Source: Monocercomonoides exilis PA203 (Eukaryota; Protista; Preaxostyla). From it: 64,000 nt of DNA. Below, one piece after another: positions 12,287 through 21,636 of this stretch; position 1 is the stretch's first letter, and each line of letters begins with the position of its first letter. The stretch lies in contig LSRY02000043.1 of the NCBI GenBank assembly GCA_001643675.2, positions 434,001-498,000 of the forward strand. Direction: 5' to 3'. The position numbers and the translations under genes are program-made. The notes below the pieces were generated by a model. That model saw nothing but the letters and a program-made list of their open reading frames with translations. It was not told the origin of the DNA and ran no database searches.

Positions 12287-13022
12287 TTCGTTGCCTGAAA
12301 CATTTCTCCTCTATTTTCTTTGCTGTTGCTGTGTTAACAGGAGCTTTGTTTTCATACGCATCTCTCTTTGGAAGAAAGATAATAAAATTTTTCATGTTTT
12401 ATCAAAAATTTTAATAAAACAATGTTAATAATTAAAAAGAATGTTTCACACGATTTGTTTGTTCTTCTTTATTCATTGGCACCATAGTTTAATAATAATA
12501 TCCTTGTGCAGCATGCAAATAATCTTCCTAAAAATCATAATCAAAAATTGTAAAGAATTGAATGAAATGTTAATAATCATTTAGTGCACACTTTTATAAT
12601 ATTTCTAAACATTTGATTTGTTATATGTTCGCAAGCGAGGGTTCTATTCTTGACGAAAGAAACTAATTTCTTATTTTTTGGATATTAAAAATTTAATTGT
12701 GGGATTGATCAAAATATTTTAATTTTTTAATTTATTTTTTTTTATGTTTTATTTCCCAAATCATTATTATTAAAATAGGACAATATAATAATAAATAACA
12801 TTTTATCTACTTTTTATTTCATAATTATCTTGTTTTATTTATTTTTTGAAAAAATACTCATATTTATGGGTCATTTTTTAAAATAGTTTTTTCACGAGAA
12901 ACAAAAATTTTTGCGAAAAATCGGTCCATACAAAAGTTTTTAAATAATTTTTGCATTTCAAACATCACAAAATTAATGTCTAAAAACAAGAATTGCAAAA
13001 GGGACGCAGTTACACCTATGCC
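10297..13022 (-). repeat. Right inverted arm (2,726 bp) of the Merlin element
   Basis: Reverse complement of 4804-7541, 12 bp shorter within the diverged block 10717-11211. Confidence 0.95.
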
Positions 13023-13030
13023 CTCCTAAC
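13023..13030 (+). repeat. Right target-site duplication CTCCTAAC
   Basis: Identical to 4796-4803. Confidence 0.95.
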
Positions 13031-13320
13031 ATCTTTTCCTTCTCTTTCTTTTCATTTTCATAAAAATCAAATCGAATAGGCAACATTCATGATAAAAGTT
13101 ACAGGTTGCGAGTTCGCAATATTGCATCAACGAATGTCAAACTCATCTTATTCTGAAGACGTTAAGAGAGCAGAAATTCATTTGGGCATCGCTTAGCTAA
13201 CATTTGCAAACAAGGAGTATTGTCTGAGTTATTAGTCAAGAACAATTCTTCACCATCATGTTTGCTTCAATTTTTTCTCTTCTTCGAAAGATTCTCTGAA
13301 GGAATTGGTTGCGATAAATT
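13031..13320 (-). pseudogene. 5' part of the decayed host gene interrupted by the Merlin element
   Basis: Translates as NLSQPIPSENLSKKRKN*SKHDGEELF...LLS*RLQNK...RNL*LLS*MLPIRFDFYENEKKEKEKMLG and continues in frame through one TSD copy into VK*KEKNVMEDK at 4795 and below. Confidence 0.55.
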
Positions 13321-14733
13321 TTTGATAAGTTTTACAATGAGAATAAAAAGATAACGATAAAGATATAATACTTATAATTGAATTCTTCACTGTTTCAACT
13401 CAAATCTTGAACATCACAGGTTTAATAAAATCATCATCTGTTTCTCATATTTTTCATATTCTTTTTATATTGCGAATGCAATTCTTCTTTCACAATTATC
13501 CGACTAGCTTGAAAATGTTCGATAAAATAAACATCTTTATAGAAGATTAATTTAAAGAAACATACTTTCTCATTCTTTAAGTATTTTTCCTATTTCAATT
13601 TAAAGCAAATATATAGTTCATTTTTCTGAATGAAGTTAAAATAACAATAGTTTTAATGATGTTAATATGGAAAAAAAAGTTGTAAAATTAAAAATTCACA
13701 ACAAATTTAAGAACTGTTCGATAAATCTTTATTCATTGAAACATTAACTGGGTTTTACAGTTTTTCACACTTTCATTCTCTTTAACAATTATTATTTAAA
13801 ATTTGAAATTTAAAAAAAAATTCAGATATTGCTATTTAAAATTCAATAAAGAACTTTTTGATTATTAAATTACAAGAATTTCGGAATATAAAAATTTGAG
13901 CGAAATGCATTTGTTCAATAGCACACAAATTCCTAGCTGTCTTGAGGTTAATTCAAATTTGTAAAAAAAACAAACTTTCATGAATGACTCTTCTTATTTG
14001 AAGATTAATAAAAAAAAATACGATAGATGTATTTAGACACTTTTCCAGTGTGTTGATTGCAACGAATTAGCTTTCTAAATATGATACAAAAACAATGTCA
14101 CATATTTTTTTTATTGCTAAATGAAATAACATAAGTTCAGCAATTTTCTGTTTGAAAAATAAGGATTTCGAAAGGCAGATTGTTTTCAATAGTATTTCTT
14201 CTTCATTTTTTTATGAATTTCTTTTTTGCGACTCAAAAATCCATCGTGACAAATTCGAAAAAAATTTATGGTTCATCCAAGTTTTTCAAATTAATCAAAA
14301 ATTGGAACTCAAAAAATACTTAAATTTAGCAAAAATGACAATATTTATTAACATTTTGTCAAAAAACAATATAAAATAAAATTGAAAAGAAAATGAAAAA
14401 TAAAACACTTTAATAAAAAGTGAAATTATCTACTGACATTTCTGTTTTGTCACTGACAACCACAAGCACAATTTTTTCTTTAGTGTAACACATGCTTAGG
14501 AAAGAAAAAGAGAGAAAGAAAATTTTTTGTTGAACAAGAAATTTATTTTCGATAGCATTATTGGTGAGTGCACAATATCTTGTTGTGAAAGAAATTTTGT
14601 GATGATGATAACAGTATTGCAAACCGTTTCATTATTATGTTTTGTCTTTCTTTTGTGAAGTAACTTTTTTATTGAATAAACCAAATTGGAATTTCCCTCT
14701 GAATATGGAATTGAACAAAAGTTTATCACATTT

Positions 14734-14990
14734 GGGTGATTATTTTTGAAATTATAATTTTTTTAGGAAAAATTTCTTCTCAAATATTCACTTCGAATGC
14801 TAGTTGATGAACACAGAAAAGTGAAAACTCTGATAAAAAACATATCTGTATTGCTTTCATATCAAACATTTTCATTAAAAACAATTGAGATGATTTTAAC
14901 ATTTCAAAGAAAATATCATTTGTTATATCTTGAAATTTTTTAAGTTACCAACACCCAGAAAAAAGCAATGATTTAAAAAAATAGTCACCC
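14734..14990 (+). mobile_element. 257-bp MITE, copy 1 (TIR consensus GGGTGATTATTTTTGAAATCAT)
   Basis: Inverted ends gggtgattatttttgaaattat / atgatttaaaaaaatagtcaccc, flanked on both sides by ATTT; internal motif ATGAACACAGAAAAGTG. Confidence 0.8.
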
Positions 14991-15085
14991 ATTTCTTATT
15001 TTTTTCAATACGTGTGTGATTGTTTTTTGAAATCATTGTTTTTTTTTGTGAGTTGATTCTTTGAAGGTTTGATTTTAATGGAGAT

Positions 15086-15343
15086 GTGCGATTATTTTTG
15101 AAACCATATTTTTTCTGTCAAAATTTTGGGTTTGAATATTTGAAATGAATATCCGCTAATGAACACTGAAAAGTGTAAAATCTATTATATGACTCCAATA
15201 CTATTTTTTTTTGAGATAAATTGTGGCTTTTGAAACGATAGAGAAACATTATTTATTATTATGAAAATTATTTTATTAACAACAATTAATATTCAAAATT
15301 ATGAGCACCCTGAAAAAAGTTATGATTTCAAAAATAATCACCT
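15086..15343 (+). mobile_element. 258-bp MITE, copy 2
   Basis: Ends gtgcgattatttttgaaaccat / atgatttcaaaaataatcacct; internal motifs ATGAACACTGAAAAGTG and CACCCTGAAAAAAG are shared with copy 1. Confidence 0.75.
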
Positions 15344-15403
15344 ATTTTTCATTTTTATATTTTTCTATCATAAGAAACAACGTATACACTCACGATTAAA
15401 TAT

Positions 15404-15660
15404 AAGTGATTATTTTTGAAATCATATTGTTACAAACAAAAATTTCAGTTCGAAAATTTCTCTTTATATAAACAAATGAACTGTGAAAAGTGAAAAGGCT
15501 TATTGAATACATTTTCATCTTTGATTCGGAAAAATCATTTGTTATTTAAAAACAATTATCATGCTTTCTCTATTTTCTATTAACATTTTCTTTCAAAAAA
15601 CCAACAATCTTCATAAAATTAACTCCCCAAAAGGATGAATGATTTCAAAAATAATCACCC
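15404..15660 (+). mobile_element. 257-bp MITE, copy 3
   Basis: Ends aagtgattatttttgaaatcat / atgatttcaaaaataatcaccc; internal motif ATGAACTGTGAAAAGTG; flanks ATAT/ATTT. Confidence 0.75.
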
Positions 15661-16683
15661 ATTTATACACAAAAAATTGTTCAAACTCGATGTCATTATA
15701 TTCAAATCTTTCGAAGTTTATTTTTTAATTTTGTTCTCTTAAAATTTATTTGAGGATATAAATTTAACGAGGTCAAAACAGTGATGACTTTTTCTTGTAA
15801 TTCTATTTATGCTTGCAATAATTATTTGAAAAATTTTATGTGATTGTTTTGAAATTCGTAACAATAAAAAAGAAAATTCGGAAAACAGCTGAACAGAAAA
15901 TTTTTATTTATCCAAAGGATTAATTTCATAAGTGTTTCAGTTATCATTGAACCAATTTTTTCTTGTTTGAAAATAACTACAGATAGATTGTGTTAAATAA
16001 AAAATTAATTCATTCTTCATCCATTTTTTGACTTTCGAAAAACATCACAACGCAAAAGTGATACAATTTGTTATCCACCACATTTTTGAATAACCAATTG
16101 GTAATCGATTATTTGAAGGAAAATACGGACTTTCAAGCTTCTTTTGCACAAAGCACTTAAAATTTGCTTCACTGATAACTTTATTTCCCTTTCTCAGATT
16201 ACAAAATAAATAATATTTTCAGATTCGTAAATAGGTATCGTTGAAATCAAAACATCAGGTTTTCCAACATTCACGAATGTCAAAAAATGGAATTATTTTT
16301 CTTGTGTTTTTTGATATTAATAAGTCAATGAAAAGTCCAGAATTTTCTATGAAAAAGCTTGAAGCAAAATATTTTGTCCCATTTATATTTTCCTTTTCAG
16401 AAATTGCTGTTGATAAAAGTTTCTTATTTAAAATATTTAACCTTGTGTGACTTATAGAGATAATTTCGTCACACGTTGCCAGTTTTCCACTTAAAAAAAA
16501 AAAAAGTTCTGTTGAATGTGAATAATGTCTAGAAAAATTCATTTTTTCATGAAAATATTTCCTATTAATATAAATTATTTTTTTAAATGCATTTGTTCAT
16601 TAAGAGTATAATTTATATATTGAAAATTTCAATGATCACATTCGCATATAATAAATATTTTGAATTGAGAAGAGAGCTTTTTC

Positions 16684-19600
16684 ATGCCAATTATAAGATT
16701 TGAAGCTATTATCCCCAAAGAATTGATTGAACACTTCAACGAACATTTGTTCTTACATATAAAGGGAAATGCTGATGCGCTTGGTAAATGTCAACAATCA
16801 ATCGCACCTGTTATGAAAAGGAATTTAGATACACATTCATTTTGGCTTGAGATTGATCTTCCTCCATCAATTCCAGTTGTATTTCATTATTGCATATATT
16901 TTCATGAAGAATACATTGGAGAAGAATTCAGTGAACTGACTTTTATTGTTCCAGGTTATTTTCAAAATATATATTTCAAAGAATAATTTTGTTTTTTTGA
17001 TTCTAAATTTTCTGTTTAACTTGTTTATCATAGATATAAGATACACACACACGCACATTTTGTTTGATGGTTTTGATCTTTCTCAATTGAAAAGTGAAAA
17101 ACCTTTGAGCGATGCTGATTCATTTCGCAATTTTCTTCCAATGCTAAAAAATCCTTGCCTTAACTGGCAAGATGACAATGCGTTTAATTATTTACCATCA
17201 CATCGTTTTACTCAACTCATGGAAGGTGTTGAAATTCGTGCGATTTTTCACTCATTATTATTGACAGAGCCTCTTCTAAGAAATTCATCGAGCAAAGCGC
17301 TGCTCCTAAGAGTCAAAGATTCGCTTGAGACGCACTTATTACCTCTTCCGCTTCAACACCCATATTCTGAACCATTTATCTTCCGCTGTACAACAAAAAA
17401 CAATTTCAATTTCTTCGCTGAAATTGGATATATATCTCCATCAGACGAAGAAAGAGTCAAGACTGGAACATTCAAGGCCTTGTGTTCATGCAATTTTCTT
17501 GGAATTTCGTTAACATCAGATTGTTGCAGGATAATTGTACCATTTATGTGGGAATTAAACCGCAACGACGGGCAAGATGATTTATTGAAGGAGTTTGCAG
17601 GACAGAAGCCATTGTATGAAAGAGGCCTATCGCAAATTCCTGCGCTTTCTTGCATCAAATTCCTTATGATCACTCCCTTCCGCAACGGGATGATGGCTCG
17701 GCCACTTACAGGCTATATGAAAGAAACCGCAAGCGCGAATCAATCAACATCTCTATCTACAACTACATCACCTTCCAATATTTCTTCTTCAACTACATCT
17801 TCTATTAATTCTCAAAATTTTGATCCTGCTGCTTCACCTTCCGAAATTAATGATTCAAAGATGATTGCAAGCATATCCCAAATAACTTCTGACACGCCAA
17901 CAGACTCAGATGAAACTGAAGTAACCTCAACAGAACACCAACCATCATCATCATCATCTTCTTCTTCTATCTCCTCCTCCTCCAAACAACCATGCTCCTC
18001 AGACCGAAACCTCTTCTTAACACAGACGCTCTCTCACATGCGCACACACGTCACATCTTCTCCTTCTTCCTCGCTGTTGGACGTCGGCCACAGAGGCTCT
18101 GGTGCGAATGCGCGACACGATTTGTCTGTGAGGCGGCCTGTGGTGAAGGAGAACACGCTGCTGTCATTCCTGTTTGCGCACAACGTGGCGCATATTGACT
18201 GGGTGGAGACAGACGCGCAGCTGAGCGCAGATGGTGTGGTGGTGCTGTCACACGACTTTATGGCGACGCTGTCGTCGAAGCTGGATGTGCCTGTGTGCAG
18301 GCTGACCTCAAAGCAGTTCACGGGGCTGAGGGAGGTGTGGACGCGCGGGAAGGAGGAGAGGAGAGGAGGAAGGGCGGAAAGGAAGATTGAGGAAGAATTG
18401 GAAAGAAAGATGGGGGAAAAGAAAGAGGGAAGCGGAGATGAAAAGATTGGAATGAGAAATGAAGAAAACCTTCAATCTGACTCGAAAACCGGAAAAAATG
18501 AAAGATATTTTGAGAGGAAAGGAGCAAAAGGGTTTGGAATGATTGGCAGAGTGGAGCGAGAGACGTACGAGGAACGCGCAAGGAGCGATGTGAATGTACG
18601 CACACGGGCAATGCTGAAAGAAGAAGAGAAAGAGGAAAGAGAAGACAGGGAAGAGAATGAAGATGCTTCAGAGAGTGATGACGGTGATGATGATGATAAT
18701 GAAACCAGTGAAAAAACTGATATTGAGACAGCAAATGCAGAAAACCTTGAAATTAAATCAATCAAAGCGAATGAAAAACAAATTGAGAAACAGTCAGTTG
18801 AGTCAAAATCTTCGCATCGATTGAGCAAACTGCACAAATCACACAGCTGGACATCTCTTCTCTACTCTTCCCAAAGCCATCATGATTGCACTTGCTCCAC
18901 GAAACAGAAGCCTTTCTCACTTGCCACAACTCTGAATAACCATTCAACTGCTCCAGAATCAACAACATTAAACACAAAGCAATCACCTGTTAATTGCCAT
19001 TCTGTTATTTTAATTTCTCCTCCTCCTTCTTCCAAAACGCCTCCTCCTTTCGCGCAAACAGAAGCCGGAGCAGCCGATACGTTTGTTCTGCCGACAGCTC
19101 CTGCAAACTTCTTTGAGGGCATTTCACTCACAAAGGTGTCTGCGAAGCCCCACCACAATTCGGATGAGCAACACAAAGAAGAAGACAAAGAGAAAGAGAA
19201 AGAGAAATACAAGAAAGAAGGAGAGAAAGGCACTGAAACAATGAATGACACATCACATTCACCACATCAGCCTTCTTCTTCTGCTCTTCCTTTCCTGTCA
19301 CCTTCGCAGCCCATCCGCTTTTCTCATTGGGAAGTGCTTGTCGAAGACGATCCAACCACACTTGCCTCTTTCCTGCGCTTCACTCCTCCTTCCTTAGGCC
19401 TATTTTTGGAGGTGAAATATGCCCAGGATGAGTTCCAAGAGTCACAACATATGAAGCTGAAGAGTCGAAACGAGGTGGTCGATGCTATTCTCGACACAAT
19501 CGCTGATTGCTGCTGCTGCGACTGCTGTTTTGGCAGTCAAAATGAAACTTTTGAAGGATCTGCTTCTCCAAAGAAATGCTGCTGCCATTGCAAACCATCA

Positions 19601-20125
19601 GCCACAAGTCAATCGTCGTCTTGCTTGCCGTATGATCGTTCATACCCTGCTTCTGCATCAGCATCTGCAGGCTCAACTCCAAATTGTCTGTGCTCGCGTC
19701 TGTCCCGCATAGTCTTCACAGCCTTTGATCCGGACATCGTGACGATGCTGCTTGTGAAACAGCAGTGGTTTGGGGTGTTTATGAACTGTGTGCATTTCTC
19801 CACGCCAGATATCCAGTCGCACTGCAACTTCCACCCATTTGACCCGCGGGCGATGGTTCCGAACGAGACGGTGCGGTTTGTGAGGAACGAGGGAGGGAGC
19901 GGGATCTGCTGTCTGGTGGACTCGCTGCTGGAGCACCCGCGCATCGCAGCGAATGCGAGGAGGAACGGGCTGGCGGTGATGTCGTTTGGAGAGAGGAATG
20001 TGAGGAAGCCGGTGAGAGTGTATGAAAGAGAGCAGCTGGGTGTGTCGGGGATCATTTGCGACAATGCGCAGATACTCGTGAGGGAGGAGAAGGAGTCAGA
20101 GAGAAGCAAAGAGGGAGATAAATAG
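16684..20125 (+). CDS. Glycerophosphodiester phosphodiesterase (GPCPD1/GDE5-like: CBM20-like N-terminus plus GDPD domain), 2 exons, intron 16955-17033
   Basis: GDPD motifs VGHRGSG, KENTLLSF, WVETDAQLSADGVVVLSHD, LFLEVKY, IVFTAFDPD and GVSGIICD. Exon 1 is CBM20-like (IKGNADALGK...FWLEIDLP). A GT..AG phase-1 intron joins ORF 16684 and ORF 16946 in frame. Confidence 0.85.
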
Positions 20126-21636
20126 AACAAGGGGATTGCGTGGTTAAATGAGATGAGAGAGAAGCTGGTTTTCTAAAGAGAAAATTTCTATTGGTATTCA
20201 AAATTTCATATAAATCACAAGCGAATTTTTTCTTTTCTTTTCTTTTTTTTATTTTTTGTAACACCATTTGTGATTTTTATGTTAAATTATTGAATTTTCT
20301 GTTCTGAAACGTATTCAACATTTTTTTTAATATTCAAACATAGAATTCAGGTATTTTTCGAATTTTATGGCTGAATATTGTTCTTTCTATTTCTTTCTTT
20401 CTTTCTTTCTTTCTATTTTTTTTAAATATTATCTTTGTATCTTTGTATCTTTTTTCTATTTTCAATTTATTTTTCTGATTGTAAAAATTCTAGTAATTTA
20501 TTAGATTCTTTGCAATTTCTTTTCAAAACTATCATTTTCTGATTTTCTGTAATGAGGTAGCATTTATTTTGCATTTTCAAGCTTTTTTTAGAAAAATTCA
20601 GATATCATATTTTCTTTTCAATTTTTACGTTTTGCTCTGTTGAATTGTACTTTTTATTTTTGAACCAATGATACAAATGCGCTGTATATTTAAGAGTTTG
20701 ATATTTTTTATGTTATTTTCGATTTATTATCATTTTCACCATTATTCTTAACAATGTGAATTCTTTTAATGAGATATTTATCACAAACCAAAAATGTTAG
20801 CTTTTTTTTTTAAGTCAGATTCAATTAATAATGAAAAAAAGGAAGAAATCAATCAAATGACTAATGCTGCTTCAACAAATGGATTACGTTTTTACAAGTT
20901 CATTTTGAAAAATAATTCCTTTTTAAGAAAACTTCTTTGAAGATGTAATGTTGATTTGCAAAATTAAAGTGAATTTTTGAATTATGTATCCTTTCATAAA
21001 TGGGGAGCAAAATAACCAGAAAATAATAAAAAATTCTCATTTTTCATTATTTCCATCAATTTTTAAAGGAGGGAAAAAATATATTCTGAAGCAGAAAAAT
21101 AATTATGAAATTTGAAAATTGTAACATTCTTCTCGTAATAATAATTCATTCTCTGTGTTTGTTGATGCAAAAAGCAATAAACAAATTATCAATTTGTAAA
21201 AATTCATAAAAAAAAAAATAGCATTAAACGGGGTTTTATTTCTCTTAATCAAAAACTTTTATCCCAAACAAATATCTCTCTTTCAATTTCAAAAGTTACA
21301 ATTATCTTTTAAAAATTTTGTATAAAATTAAAGAGGAATTTTTGCATAGTTATAGAAAAAATTGAAAAAGAAAATGATTGAAGAAGTTAAAAAAAAAAAA
21401 AAAGAAGAAATTGAACAAGATACAACGATCAGAATTTGATTTTGCAGAAAAAGAAAAGTAAACAAAAAACAAATAAAAGTACTCAGCTTTTGCTCTCCAT
21501 CAAACAGCATTTTATTTTTTATGAAACAAAACATACATAGACAGATGCATACTAATGAAATATTCAATTGTAATAAATCAAATCAAATCAAAAAATTATA
21601 ATTCACAGAAAGCATCGATAATAAATCGGCTCTGCC

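Larger units (their letters stand above)
4804..13022 (+). mobile_element. Merlin (IS1595/ISXO2-like) DNA transposon, 8,219 bp, with giant inverted arms carrying captured host gene fragments
   Basis: The termini GGCATAGGTGTAACTGCGTCCC (4804) and GGGACGCAGTTACACCTATGCC (13022) are reverse complements. There is an 8-bp TSD and a central ISXO2-type DDE transposase. 5'-GG ends and 8-bp TSDs are typical of Merlin/IS1595. Confidence 0.92.

Noticed and set aside
4804-13022. Inverted duplication as a fold-back or chimeric-read assembly artefact
   Set aside because: An exact 8-bp TSD at both tips, a central transposase of the matching superfamily, a diverged block within the arms and a host frame that rejoins across the TSD are not expected from an artefact. 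Read confirmation is still desirable.
14734-15860. CRISPR-like or integron-like repeat-spacer array
   Set aside because: The repeats alternate in orientation as inverted pairs about 257 bp apart with homologous interiors; there are no cas or integrase genes, and a solo copy with a TSD exists at 53329.
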